A stretch of 64,000 nt of DNA from Escherichia coli. GTDB taxonomy: Bacteria > Pseudomonadota > Gammaproteobacteria > Enterobacterales > Enterobacteriaceae. The notes beneath the pieces are model-generated. The model was not told the origin of the DNA. It made no database searches and worked only from the letters and a program-made list of their open reading frames with translations. Made by a program: the position numbers and the translations under genes. Of the stretch, positions 29,763 to 39,770 are shown one piece after another (position 1 is the first letter of the stretch; each line of letters begins with the position of its first letter). Location: the NCBI RefSeq assembly GCF_002854065.1, contig NZ_CP024147.1; one strand, written 5' to 3'.

Positions 29763-30569
29763 ATGTTTACAGACACTATTAATAAGTGTGCGGCTAACGC
29801 TGCGCGCATTGCACGCCTGTCGGCAAATAACCCGCTCGGCTTTTGGGTCAGCTCCGCCATGGCGGGCGCGTATGTGGGTCTTGGGATCATCCTGATTTTC
29901 ACGCTCGGTAATTTGCTCGATCCGTCCATACGTCCTCTGGTGATGGGCGCGACCTTTGGTATCGCCTTAACGCTGGTGATTATCGCCGGTTCTGAACTGT
30001 TCACCGGACACACCATGTTCCTCACCTTTGGGGTGAAAGCGGGCACCATCAGCCACGGGCAAATGTGGGCAATCCTGCCGCAAACCTGGCTGGGTAATCT
30101 GGTCGGTTCCGTCTTCGTTGCCATGTTCTATAGCTGGGGTGGTGGTAGCCTGCTGCCGGTAGATACCAGCATCGTTCACTCCGTCGCGCTGGCTAAAACC
30201 ACTGCACCGGCAATGGTACTGTTCTTCAAAGGTGCATTGTGTAACTGGCTGGTTTGTCTGGCAATCTGGATGGCGCTGCGCACTGAAGGGGCGGCGAAAT
30301 TTATCGCAATCTGGTGGTGTCTGCTGGCATTTATCGCGTCCGGCTACGAGCACTCCATCGCTAACATGACGCTGTTCGCGCTCTCCTGGTTCGGCAACCA
30401 CAGCGAAGCCTACACGCTGGCGGGTATTGGTCATAACCTGCTGTGGGTGACGCTGGGTAATACTTTATCGGGCGCCGTATTCATGGGATTGGGTTATTGG
30501 TATGCTACGCCGAAAGCGAATCGTCCGGTTGCGGACAAATTTAATCAAACTGAAACGGCTGCCGGTTAA
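29763..30569 (+). CDS. nirC: Nitrite transporter (FNT family)
   Basis: ORF track 268 aa, formate/nitrite transporter-like TM protein. Confidence 0.93.
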   Translation: MFTDTINKCAANAARIARLSANNPLGFWVSSAMAGAYVGLGIILIFTLGNLLDPSIRPLVMGATFGIALTLVIIAGSELFTGHTMFLTFGVKAGTISHGQMWAILPQTWLGNLVGSVFVAMFYSWGGGSLLPVDTSIVHSVALAKTTAPAMVLFFKGALCNWLVCLAIWMALRTEGAAKFIAIWWCLLAFIASGYEHSIANMTLFALSWFGNHSEAYTLAGIGHNLLWVTLGNTLSGAVFMGLGYWYATPKANRPVADKFNQTETAAG

Positions 30570-30587
30570 TTACTAAGGGGTTTTTAC

Positions 30588-31961
30588 GTGGATCATTTGC
30601 CTATATTTTGCCAATTACGCAATCGCGACTGTCTGATTGTCGGCGGTGGTGATGTCGCGGAACGCAAAGCAAGGTTGCTGTTAGACGCAGGCGCTCGCTT
30701 AACGGTGAATGCATTAGCGTTTATTCCACAGTTCACCGCATGGGCAGATGCAGGCATGTTAACCCTCGTCGAAGGGCCATTTGATGAAAGCCTTCTCGAC
30801 ACCTGCTGGCTGGCGATTACAGCGACGGATGATGACGCGCTTAACCAGCGCGTCAGCGAAGCCGCTGAAGCTCGTCGCATCTTCTGTAACGTGGTCGATG
30901 CGCCGAAAGCCGCCAGCTTCATTATGCCGTCGATTATTGACCGCTCACCGCTGATGGTGGCGGTTTCCTCTGGCGGTACTTCTCCGGTTCTGGCGCGCCT
31001 GTTGCGCGAAAAACTCGAATCACTGCTGCCGCTGCATCTGGGCCAGGTAGCGAAATACGCCGGGCAGTTACGCGGTCGGGTAAAACAACAGTTCGCCACG
31101 ATGGGTGAACGCCGCCGCTTCTGGGAAAAACTGTTCGTTAACGACCGTCTGGCGCAGTCGCTGGCGAACAACGATCAGAAAGCCATTACTGAAACCACCG
31201 AACAGTTAATCAACGAACCGCTCGACCATCGTGGTGAAGTGGTGCTGGTTGGTGCAGGTCCGGGCGATGCCGGGCTGCTGACACTGAAAGGTCTGCAACA
31301 AATTCAGCAGGCAGATGTGGTGGTCTACGACCGTCTGGTTTCTGACGATATTATGAATCTGGTACGCCGCGATGCGGATCGTGTTTTCGTCGGCAAACGC
31401 GCGGGATACCACTGCGTACCGCAGGAGGAGATTAACCAGATCCTGCTGCGGGAAGCGCAAAAAGGCAAACGCGTGGTGCGGCTGAAAGGCGGCGATCCGT
31501 TTATTTTTGGCCGTGGTGGCGAAGAGCTGGAAACACTGTGCAACGCGGGTATTCCGTTCTCGGTGGTTCCGGGTATTACCGCAGCTTCTGGTTGCTCTGC
31601 CTATTCGGGTATTCCGCTCACGCATCGCGATTATGCCCAGAGCGTGCGCTTAATTACCGGACACTTAAAAACCGGTGGCGAGCTGGACTGGGAAAACCTG
31701 GCGGCAGAAAAACAGACGCTGGTGTTCTATATGGGGCTGAATCAGGCTGCGACTATTCAGCAAAAGCTGATTGAACACGGTATGCCTGGCGAAATGCCGG
31801 TAGCAATTGTCGAAAACGGAACAGCAGTCACGCAGCGCGTGATTGACGGTACGCTCACACAACTGGGCGAACTGGCGCAGCAAATGAACAGTCCATCGCT
31901 AATTATTATTGGTCGGGTTGTTGGCCTGCGCGATAAACTAAACTGGTTCTCCAACCATTAA
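30588..31961 (+). CDS. cysG: Sirohaem synthase (multifunctional)
   Basis: ORF track 457 aa; N-terminal NAD-binding domain plus C-terminal SAM methyltransferase domain ([10 protein letters not shown]). Confidence 0.95.
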   Translation: MDHLPIFCQLRNRDCLIVGGGDVAERKARLLLDAGARLTVNALAFIPQFTAWADAGMLTLVEGPFDESLLDTCWLAITATDDDALNQRVSEAAEARRIFCNVVDAPKAASFIMPSIIDRSPLMVAVSSGGTSPVLARLLREKLESLLPLHLGQVAKYAGQLRGRVKQQFATMGERRRFWEKLFVNDRLAQSLANNDQKAITETTEQLINEPLDHRGEVVLVGAGPGDAGLLTLKGLQQIQQADVVVYDRLVSDDIMNLVRRDADRVFVGKRAGYHCVPQEEINQILLREAQKGKRVVRLKGGDPFIFGRGGEELETLCNAGIPFSVVPGITAASGCSAYSGIPLTHRDYAQSVRLITGHLKTGGELDWENLAAEKQTLVFYMGLNQAATIQQKLIEHGMPGEMPVAIVENGTAVTQRVIDGTLTQLGELAQQMNSPSLIIIGRVVGLRDKLNWFSNH

Positions 31962-31970
31962 TTTAATCAG

Positions 31971-31994
31971 GGCCAGAGAATTCTGGCCTTTTTC
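31971..31994 (+). terminator. Rho-independent terminator after cysG
   Basis: ggccaga-gaat-tctggcc followed by tttttcg. Confidence 0.65.
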
Positions 31995-32132
31995 GTTTAC
32001 AACTCTCTTTATATATTCAGCAGATAAAAATATAACTCATTAACAAAAATCATTTGTTTTTGCCCCGTTATATTCACCGTTACAGCGACTTACAAAATTA
32101 AGTCATTCACTCACTGACGCCGATTAAATATT

Positions 32133-32141
32133 CCTGTATCG
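32133..32141. repeat. Left copy of 9-bp IS1 target-site duplication (CCTGTATCG)
   Basis: Identical 9-mer directly abuts both IS1 termini. Confidence 0.9.
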
Positions 32142-32156
32142 GGTAATGACTCCAAC

Positions 32157-32660
32157 TTATTGATAGTGTTTTATGTTCAGATAATGCCCGATGACTTTGT
32201 CATGCAGCTCCACCGATTTTGAGAACGACAGCGACTTCCGTCCCAGCCGTGCCAGGTGCTGCCTCAGATTCAGGTTATGCCGCTCAATTCGCTGCGTATA
32301 TCGCTTGCTGATTACGTGCAGCTTTCCCTTCAGGCGGGATTCATACAGCGGCCAGCCATCCGTCATCCATATCACCACGTCAAAGGGTGACAGCAGGCTC
32401 ATAAGACGCCCCAGCGTCGCCATAGTGCGTTCACCGAATACGTGCGCAACAACCGTCTTCCGGAGCCTGTCATACGCGTAAAACAGCCAGCGCTGGCGCG
32501 ATTTAGCCCCGACGTATCCCCACTGTTCGTCCATTTCCGCGCAGACGATGACGTCACTGCCCGGCTGTATGCGCGAGGTTACCGACTGCGGCCTGAGTTT
32601 TTTAAATGGCGGAAAATCGTGTTGAGGCCAACGCCCATAATGCGGGCGGTTGCCCGGCAT
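32157..32660 (-). CDS. insB: IS1 transposase InsB (expressed as InsAB' fusion by -1 frameshift)
   Basis: ORF track 167 aa [16 protein letters not shown]...KHYQ matches IS1 InsB. Confidence 0.93.
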   Translation of the reverse strand: MPGNRPHYGRWPQHDFPPFKKLRPQSVTSRIQPGSDVIVCAEMDEQWGYVGAKSRQRWLFYAYDRLRKTVVAHVFGERTMATLGRLMSLLSPFDVVIWMTDGWPLYESRLKGKLHVISKRYTQRIERHNLNLRQHLARLGRKSLSFSKSVELHDKVIGHYLNIKHYQ

Positions 32661-32854
32661 CCAACGCCATTCATGGCCATATCAATGATTTTCTGGTGCG
32701 TACCGGGTTGAGAAGCGGTGTAAGTGAACTGCAGTTGCCATGTTTTACGGCAGTGAGAGCAGAGATAGCGCTGATGTCCGGCAGTGCTTTTGCCGTTACG
32801 CACCACCCCGTCAGTAGCTGAACAGGAGGGACAGCTGATAGAAACAGAAGCCAC
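32579..32854 (-). CDS. insA: IS1 InsA (transposition inhibitor / N-terminal part of transposase)
   Basis: ORF track 91 aa [42 protein letters not shown]...; A6C slippery motif (plus gtttttt 32597-32603) in the insA/insB overlap. Confidence 0.93.
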   Translation of the reverse strand: MASVSISCPSCSATDGVVRNGKSTAGHQRYLCSHCRKTWQLQFTYTASQPGTHQKIIDMAMNGVGCRATARIMGVGLNTIFRHLKNSGRSR

Positions 32855-32909
32855 TGGAGCACCTCAAAAACACCATCATACACTAAATCAGTAAGTTGGC
32901 AGCATCACC

Positions 32910-32918
32910 CCTGTATCG
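32910..32918. repeat. Right copy of 9-bp IS1 target-site duplication (CCTGTATCG)
   Basis: Identical to 32133-32141. Confidence 0.9.
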
Positions 32919-32992
32919 TTCTTAATGAGCAGTCTACTTATATTCATATAATCAATGAATATTAATCAATATATAATACATAGGGAATGTAA

Positions 32993-33160
32993 ATGAACAA
33001 ATTTATTAAAGTTGCACTGGTAGGTGCAGTACTGGCTACGTTAACTGCATGTACTGGTCATATTGAAAACCGTGATAAGAACTGCTCTTACGACTACCTG
33101 CTGCACCCAGCAATTTCTATTTCTAAAATCATTGGCGGTTGCGGTCCTACTGCACAGTAA
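32993..33160 (+). CDS. yhfL: Small lipoprotein YhfL (55 aa)
   Basis: Manual translation MNKFIKVALVGAVLATLTACTGHIENRDKNCSYDYLLHPAISISKIIGGCGPTAQ with lipobox LTAC; not in ORF track because shorter than 60 aa. Confidence 0.75.
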   Translation: MNKFIKVALVGAVLATLTACTGHIENRDKNCSYDYLLHPAISISKIIGGCGPTAQ

Positions 33161-33201
33161 GTCTCTGACAGAAATCAGCTAACACCGGTTTAATTGCCCG
33201 A

Positions 33202-33236
33202 CGCCCTCTGGATTTTCCGAGGGCGTATTTGTTTCT
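33202..33236 (+). terminator. Rho-independent terminator after yhfL
   Basis: cgccctc...gagggcg stem followed by tatttgtttct. Confidence 0.55.
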
Positions 33237-33266
33237 GCATTCTTTTCGAAAACATCATTCACAAGA

Positions 33267-34352
33267 TTAAATACTGGCAATACTCTCACGCAAAATCCGC
33301 AGCACCGTCTCTTCACCGCTGCGATTCGGGTTAATGCGAATCGCACAATGTTCGAGTTGCGGATTCGCCTGGCGGAACGTTCCGGAAAGGCGATAAAAGA
33401 GCGGCGGGATTTCATATTTCGACTCTGCACCGACCGGGTAAGGCAACGCGCCACGCTTTTGCGCTTCTTCCAGCACCCTGGCGGCAATCGGCTGATGAAA
33501 CTCGACAATCAACACCTTCGACTGCGCATTGGCAATGACGGCGCTTTTCACTTCCGGCACTGCACCACCGTTGAGCAAAGCCAGCAACCGTTCAGATACC
33601 CCTGCCTGCACCGCGTGCATCACTGGCGCGAACACCAGCCCACGCAACACTTCCAGCGCCTGTGAGCCCTGGATCTGGCTGCCGCCGGAGTAAAGCGTGG
33701 CGCGAATCCGACTAATAACATCGGCATCGCCAACCACTGCACCAACGCCCTCCGGCCCAAACAGCTTGAAGCAGGAGAATGTCGAGACATTCGCGCCGCA
33801 TTCACAGCCGATTCGCGCCACCTTCATCACCGCATAGTTGTCATCGGTTAACGCTGGAACACCTGCCGCGCGCAACGTTGCCAGCACATCTGCCAGCACA
33901 TAGCTGTCCTGCGGCTGCTGGCGCGTATGCTGCACCAGCGCGGCATCAGGTTGTTGCTCGTCGACGACCTGCTTCAGTGCCGACAGGGCATTGAAATCAG
34001 CAGTAATAAGCGTCAGCCCCATCTGCTCAATAATAACCCGTGTCGTTGGGTAAACAGGCGCGTCATGCACCAGAAGACGCTGCCCCGGTTTGAGCAAAGC
34101 CGCCAGCCCGGCGCGAATCGCGCCAGTCCCCGCGCCCTGCACCAGCGCCGCCGCTGGTGCATGAAACGCATCTGCCAGCACCTGCTCCACCCGCTGGGTA
34201 ATGCGCGGTTGATTCAACCCTGGAGTTAACCCTAAATCACCGCCAGTAAGAAACTCGCTGCCGGGGAAATGGCGGCAGATGGTGTCCACCAGCGCAAACT
34301 GCTTTTGCTGCGCTTCATTAAGCGTCAGGCTTTGCAGAGGAAACGTCTTCAT
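33267..34352 (-). CDS. yhfS: Putative PLP-dependent enzyme YhfS
   Basis: ORF track 361 aa; last gene of the yhfZ-yhfS cluster. Confidence 0.85.
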   Translation of the reverse strand: MKTFPLQSLTLNEAQQKQFALVDTICRHFPGSEFLTGGDLGLTPGLNQPRITQRVEQVLADAFHAPAAALVQGAGTGAIRAGLAALLKPGQRLLVHDAPVYPTTRVIIEQMGLTLITADFNALSALKQVVDEQQPDAALVQHTRQQPQDSYVLADVLATLRAAGVPALTDDNYAVMKVARIGCECGANVSTFSCFKLFGPEGVGAVVGDADVISRIRATLYSGGSQIQGSQALEVLRGLVFAPVMHAVQAGVSERLLALLNGGAVPEVKSAVIANAQSKVLIVEFHQPIAARVLEEAQKRGALPYPVGAESKYEIPPLFYRLSGTFRQANPQLEHCAIRINPNRSGEETVLRILRESIASI

Positions 34353-34363
34353 AGGTGCATTCC

Positions 34364-35668
34364 TTAAGCCGGAATAAACAGGCCAAACCAGTAAAGAACA
34401 TTCAGCAGGATGCCGGTGATCATTACTGCCACGACCGGTGCCGCCATTTTCTGTACCGGACGGCCCAGGGATTCGTTGAGGAAGTAAATGGCAACCGCGA
34501 TAGAGAATCCGGTATAACCCGCCATCTTAATTGCTGCGAAAATCGAACCGACCAGCAGCGCCACTTCCATCAGCATATTCATGGCGTTACGGATGTTATC
34601 CGACGCATTACGCACCGACGGGTAGCGTCCCAGCCATTTGCCGATAGAACGAAGCAGCAAGACTTCCGCCGAAATAACCACTGCGCCTAATACCGCTGCA
34701 ACCATCGGATTCGGCGAGAGATAGCCCACCGCATAAACAAAGGTAAAGCCCGCAACTGCATACACACCCGTTGCTAAGGCGGTGGTGGCAATCAACGGTA
34801 CAAAACCCAGCCCGCGCATAAATTCTGCCAGTGCCGCCTGGTTGATCAGCGTTTGCGATTGTTCCGGCGTTACGCCTGCGGAATATGCTTTCTCAAGGGT
34901 GAAGATCGACACTTCACTGCCAGCAAAAATCTTCATGCTGGCAACGGCGGCAATCAGCGCCCCTACAATAGCGATATACGGTAAGTTTTTGATAATCCGC
35001 GACGTGCGTTCTTCAAACACCGAAAGCCCGCTGGCATCGATGTCATTTTCATCACGATGACGCAGGTCGTGAGTTATCGCGATCCCCAGCAGCATCACCA
35101 TGCCAATAAAGATTTCGATGGATTCAGGGTTAAGATGTGGGAAATAGCGCACGACTACCACACGGGTCATCAGAACAACCACGGCGGCGACCAGACTTTG
35201 CTTCCAGCCAAACTGGTAGAAAATCGCCACCAGCGGGAACAGTGCAAAAGCAGAAACCACCGGCGAGCTTAATTCCCCGAGGCTACCTAATACATCCACC
35301 GGCAGCGCGGTCAGCAGCTGGTTTACTGGCAACAGGCAAGTAAGGATCAACACGCCCCAGATAGCGCCAAGACCAAACGCCATCAGGCTGTTTATCGCCA
35401 GTACGCCGAGGATATCGGTAGGAAGAAAGAGTAACCATGCGTTTAGCAGCCCGGTTTTCAGGGTAAAAGAGATCCCCACCGAGGCCACAAAACCAATGCT
35501 CAGACCAAAAGCGATACTCCCCGCCTCGCGACGGTTCATATAGCCTTCAATCAGTTGCGGCAGGATCGGGCGGATGCCGTCATGAAAAACAGCCGCCGAG
35601 CGATGCGCCAGAAGCGATGTCATACCCGTCAGGCACGCCACCACGATAATCTGAATATACAGATCCAT
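34364..35668 (-). CDS. yhfT: Inner-membrane transporter-like protein YhfT
   Basis: ORF track 434 aa, highly hydrophobic multi-TM protein. Confidence 0.85.
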   Translation of the reverse strand: MDLYIQIIVVACLTGMTSLLAHRSAAVFHDGIRPILPQLIEGYMNRREAGSIAFGLSIGFVASVGISFTLKTGLLNAWLLFLPTDILGVLAINSLMAFGLGAIWGVLILTCLLPVNQLLTALPVDVLGSLGELSSPVVSAFALFPLVAIFYQFGWKQSLVAAVVVLMTRVVVVRYFPHLNPESIEIFIGMVMLLGIAITHDLRHRDENDIDASGLSVFEERTSRIIKNLPYIAIVGALIAAVASMKIFAGSEVSIFTLEKAYSAGVTPEQSQTLINQAALAEFMRGLGFVPLIATTALATGVYAVAGFTFVYAVGYLSPNPMVAAVLGAVVISAEVLLLRSIGKWLGRYPSVRNASDNIRNAMNMLMEVALLVGSIFAAIKMAGYTGFSIAVAIYFLNESLGRPVQKMAAPVVAVMITGILLNVLYWFGLFIPA

Positions 35669-35679
35669 AGTCGTGCCTT

Positions 35680-36033
35680 TTATTTCAGATGGTTAATCAG
35701 CATCGGAATCGCGTGTTCGACGTGCTCAACGGAAAGGCCAAACGCCACTTTTCCTTCAGCGATCATTTTGGCGATATGCTCGTCTTTCGCTTTAATGCCT
35801 GGTTTGGCAATGGTGCAACTTTTGTTATAGCCAATCACCGCGATGGCAATCGACAATGCCGCGCCCGCACCGGTATTACACGCGCCGATGTAATAATCCA
35901 GTTGCCCGGATTTCACCTTCATTGCCGCTTCCATGTCGTTGTGAATGAAAACTTCAAAACAGCCAGGAGCCGTCGCTTCAATAGTTTTTTTAATCTGCTC
36001 ACGCTGTAAGCCTGCAACGCCAATCTTTTTCAT
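35680..36033 (-). CDS. yhfU: Uncharacterized protein YhfU (117 aa from MKKIGVAG)
   Basis: ORF track 130 aa; start chosen at internal Met to avoid overlap with php; alternative start 36072. Confidence 0.8.
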   Translation of the reverse strand: MKKIGVAGLQREQIKKTIEATAPGCFEVFIHNDMEAAMKVKSGQLDYYIGACNTGAGAALSIAIAVIGYNKSCTIAKPGIKAKDEHIAKMIAEGKVAFGLSVEHVEHAIPMLINHLK

Positions 36034-36043
36034 GAGTCTGTCC

Positions 36044-36922
36044 TTATTGGAAAAATTGAGAGGGATTTTCACGTAACATCACATCCACATCGGCCTGACT
36101 GAATCCTGACTGGCGCAATTGCGGAATAAAGGTGGTTAGTAAATAGTCATAGCCATAACCACCGTTGGCTTTTAAATGGGAGCGGCGCGTAATATCCATC
36201 GACAGCATGACGCGGTTCAGCAACCCACGGTCGCGTAGCGCATGAAGCATCGCAATACGCTTTTCGTCCGGGTAGTAACTGTTCTTACCAATGGTGTCGA
36301 ACTGCACATACGCGCCGAGATCGATCATCTTCAAAATGTTGTCGAGGTTGTCTTTCAGATCGCAGTGACCAACGGTGACGCGCGAAAGATCAACTCCGTG
36401 GGCTTGCAACAAAGCCAGTTGCTCCAGCCCCATCGTGCTGAACGACGTATGCGTGGAGATCGGGCGTCCGGTCTGGTTATGTGCCAGCGCGGCGGCAATA
36501 AATACCTTCTCTTCCAGCGGCGTAATCTTCCCTTCGCTGGAGCCGATCTCCGCGATGATCCCGGCTTTCAGTTCCGTGCCATCGATACCCTGCTCAATTT
36601 CATCGACCATCTCCTGCGCCAGTTCCTGCACGCTGCGGGTCGCCACATGTTCCGGGAAAAACGCGTCCTGGTAATAACCGGTACAGGCCACCACGTTGAT
36701 CCCCGTCTCGCGCATTACATCGAGCATAAATTGCGCATTGCGCCCCATGTAACGGTTGGTCATCTCAATCACATTACGCACGCCCCGGGCCATCAGGTCG
36801 TTCATCTCCTGGCAAATGAACGAATACTGATCAAGGCGGCAGTCCACGTTGTTTTTAAAGCCGGAGAGATCAATATGCAGATGCTCATGGGCGAGGGTGT
36901 AACCCGTCGGATCAAAACTCAT
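36044..36922 (-). CDS. php: Phosphotriesterase homology protein (amidohydrolase superfamily)
   Basis: ORF track 292 aa [32 protein letters not shown]... with metal-binding HxH motif. Confidence 0.9.
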   Translation of the reverse strand: MSFDPTGYTLAHEHLHIDLSGFKNNVDCRLDQYSFICQEMNDLMARGVRNVIEMTNRYMGRNAQFMLDVMRETGINVVACTGYYQDAFFPEHVATRSVQELAQEMVDEIEQGIDGTELKAGIIAEIGSSEGKITPLEEKVFIAAALAHNQTGRPISTHTSFSTMGLEQLALLQAHGVDLSRVTVGHCDLKDNLDNILKMIDLGAYVQFDTIGKNSYYPDEKRIAMLHALRDRGLLNRVMLSMDITRRSHLKANGGYGYDYLLTTFIPQLRQSGFSQADVDVMLRENPSQFFQ

Positions 36923-38145
36923 AGGGTGTCTCCTGCAAACCGGAGGGAGGAAAGAAAAGAGCGACCATTTTGTGGCGGTGGCGCACGGAAAAATTCACAC
37001 ACGGTAGCCCCCACATCAGAAAGCGTGGTGCGCACACCGATCTGCGTAGTGACCAGCCCTTGCTGATAAACCAGCACTGGCACCACTTCACGGGTATGGT
37101 GGCTGTGACCAATGGTCGGATCGTTACCGTGATCCGCCATCACGACCAGGCAATCATCTGGCTGCATCGCCTCGACAAGCCGGGCAAGATTACGGTCAAC
37201 GACCTGCAAACGTTCGGCATAACTTGCGACGTCTTCTGCGTGACCAGCGAGGTCGGTTTCCTGAATGTTGGTGCAAATAAACGCTGTCTGATGGGTGATA
37301 AATTCGTCGAGGGTGATATCCATAATCCGCTGGCTATCCACCAGATTTTGCCAGCTCACGCCATAAGGATTGTTGACGATATCTGCCACCTTACCCACCA
37401 GCACGGTTGGCACGCCTGCTTCATACAGTTTTTGTGGCACCTGCACTTTTTCATCGACGCCATAGCCCATATGCACGACCTGGAAACCGTTGTCATAAGC
37501 GCCAGAACGCGGCGCATTAATACCAATAAAGCGCCCTTCTTTGCTTTCTGCGGCATCGAGAATACGCTGACTGTCGGTTAACAGGCCGCCAAATGTAATG
37601 ACCCGACCGACCTGTACCTGGTCACGCACGATACGACCAATTTTGATTGCGTCGTCAAAAGAGATCACAGAGAGATTGGCGGTAATGTTATAGACTTGGC
37701 CTAAATCCGCCTCGAGATTATCGCCAATCGCAACCGCCTGATTGACTCACAGAAATTGCAGTTCATCGCCACGGCGCTCCACCTGCCAACCGGCGGATAC
37801 TAATGCCTGCTCAACACGGTCAATCACATCGCGAAAGGGCATCCGCAGCGGCGGTAACGGGCGCGTGCCTAAAATTTCCTGATGCCCCATAAAGGTATCG
37901 CCACCTTCATGTTGCAGCTCTGCCACACCCCAGGTTGCGGAGTCTGACGGCTGCATATCACCTGGCGCATAACCCAATGCGTTGATTAGCCCCAGCTTCT
38001 CCAGCGTTGGTAGCTGCAAATGCGGCAGCTGGCTCAGGATGTGACCACAGGTATTCGCTCCGGCATCTTGCGGGCGCACCAGCGTGACATCTTTCATTGC
38101 ACCTACGCCAAAGCTATCAATCACTAACACCACAAATCGCGCCAT
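36919..38145 (-). pseudogene. yhfW: yhfW (phosphopentomutase-like metalloenzyme) interrupted by an in-frame TGA at 37747-37749
   Basis: ORF track gives a 132-aa N-terminal piece (37747-38145) and a 249-aa C-terminal piece (36919-37668); manual translation shows both are in the same frame with 26 sense codons between them, so a single TGA splits a 408-codon gene. Confidence 0.8.
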
Positions 38146-39308
38146 TACGCCTCCAGAGAGTTTCCAAGACTGTCATAACGACCGACAATTTCCGGTTCGC
38201 CACGCTGAATACCCGATACCAACACCACATCACTGCGGGTAACAAAAATCTGCGTACGAAAACAGAACACTACGGCACTACTCACCGGAAACTCGCCTGC
38301 TAACGGCAGGTAATAGTCGATACTGCTGTCATCCACAGTTTTGAGATTTGTTTCAGTAATCTTTTGATTTTCTGGCGTAAACACCAGCGCATGTTGCGCA
38401 TGACCACGACGGTAATAACCGCCGCCGTAGCAGTAGCTGTCGCCACGGAAATGGTGGGAAATTTCACTTAACCAAAGCATCGCGATACGTTCAGGCTGAT
38501 CGCCCTGCTGGTTTGCCGGAATTGTGCCCGTCAGCGCATGACCGGGTTCGGCATGAGTCACACCGTATTGCGCCAGCAATGGCAACGAAGTGCAGCTGGT
38601 CGCAGAAGGTGCGTTCAGTTGCTCAATCGCAATACCAGATTTCGCCAGTTGATCCCGTGCCTGTATCAGCGTGTGAAGATTCGGTGTCGGCAAAACTTTC
38701 CCGGCAGCCTCATCCCAAAGCAGGCAAGGGAAATGGGTTAGTCCGGCTAAATGCAGCCCCGGCAGTTTCTTAATTTCAGCAACCACCTCGTGCAGCGAAT
38801 GCTGTACAAAACCGCTCTCCTGCCCCGGATAAAGAAAATCATCGTCGCTATAAACTTTGAGCAGCACAGACTGGATTCGCCCGGCTTTCACCGCCGCCGC
38901 AGAAACTTCCCGCGCTTTGTCGAGAGTAAACACGGTGATGACGTCGGTGCCCTGTTCAACGGCGTCAGCAACCTGATGACAAGGGATTTGTACCAGATGC
39001 CCCTGATGCGCCACCGGCAAACCAGCGCGGCGCATGACTCGCGCCTCTTTGTAATCCACCGCCACAATGCCGCTGTAGCCCAACGCCAGCAGTTTTTCCG
39101 CCAGCCATGGGTTACGACCGAATTGTTTGGTCATCAGATACAGTTCAATGCCGTAAAGCCGCGCCGTCTCAATCTGCCGCTTACCGTTTTCCAGTATCTG
39201 ATCCACGTCGATCACCCAGCTGTCCGGGGCGATCTTGCCCTGCTGCCACAGACTTAAAGCGGCGGAAATCAGCGCCGGGTTCTGGCGTTTCAATGCTTCT
39301 ACAAACAT
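38145..39308 (-). CDS. yhfX: Alanine-racemase-fold (fold type III PLP) protein YhfX
   Basis: ORF track 387 aa [42 protein letters not shown]... Confidence 0.85.
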   Translation of the reverse strand: MFVEALKRQNPALISAALSLWQQGKIAPDSWVIDVDQILENGKRQIETARLYGIELYLMTKQFGRNPWLAEKLLALGYSGIVAVDYKEARVMRRAGLPVAHQGHLVQIPCHQVADAVEQGTDVITVFTLDKAREVSAAAVKAGRIQSVLLKVYSDDDFLYPGQESGFVQHSLHEVVAEIKKLPGLHLAGLTHFPCLLWDEAAGKVLPTPNLHTLIQARDQLAKSGIAIEQLNAPSATSCTSLPLLAQYGVTHAEPGHALTGTIPANQQGDQPERIAMLWLSEISHHFRGDSYCYGGGYYRRGHAQHALVFTPENQKITETNLKTVDDSSIDYYLPLAGEFPVSSAVVFCFRTQIFVTRSDVVLVSGIQRGEPEIVGRYDSLGNSLEA

Positions 39309-39391
39309 CTTGTTGCCTCGTTTCTGTTCCTTGAATTAAATATTCATTTTTTTGAATATTTAGATTGTGCGACGTGGATTTGCCGAATGCC

Positions 39392-39754
39392 TCAGATACT
39401 TTCGTTAGCAGCCATCCATAATCCATAAAGGTTGGCCAGCAAATAGCCTTCTTCACACGGGTTAACTTCCAGTGCGAATTCCTTCAACAACACCTGATGC
39501 AATTGCACAACGGCTTGCCAGTGGCTGGATTGCGCCAGCTCTGCCAGCAACTCGTTATCCAGTGGCTCAATTTCTTCACCACGGCGACTGCGCATCAGTG
39601 CACTCGCCATATGTGTCATCGCCATCGTTCCTTGCTCACTGCGCACCGGCAGATGGCACTCTGTTTCCAGTACCTTGACGACCTGCATCATGCCTTTGCA
39701 GATGTCCTTATCAATAACGCCTGCATCGCAAAGCAGGTTGAGTCTGGTTTCCAT
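39392..39754 (-). CDS. yhfY: Uncharacterized protein YhfY (120 aa from METRLNLL)
   Basis: ORF track 134 aa; internal Met chosen as start; alternative start 39796. Confidence 0.8.
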   Translation of the reverse strand: METRLNLLCDAGVIDKDICKGMMQVVKVLETECHLPVRSEQGTMAMTHMASALMRSRRGEEIEPLDNELLAELAQSSHWQAVVQLHQVLLKEFALEVNPCEEGYLLANLYGLWMAANESI

Positions 39755-39770
39755 ATCAGATGCCTTTCGT

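Larger units (their letters stand above)
32142..32909 (-). mobile_element. IS1: IS1 insertion sequence, complete 768 bp
   Basis: Terminal inverted repeats GGTAATGACTCCAACTTATTGAT (32142-32164) and its imperfect inverse ATCAGTAAGTTGGCAGCATCACC (32887-32909); encodes insA and insB with A6C frameshift motif; length exactly 768 bp. Confidence 0.95.

Noticed and set aside
37747-37749. TGA in yhfW as a possible selenocysteine recoding site
   Set aside because: The YhfW family is not known to contain selenoproteins and I see no convincing SECIS-like hairpin immediately downstream; a nonsense mutation is the simpler explanation.
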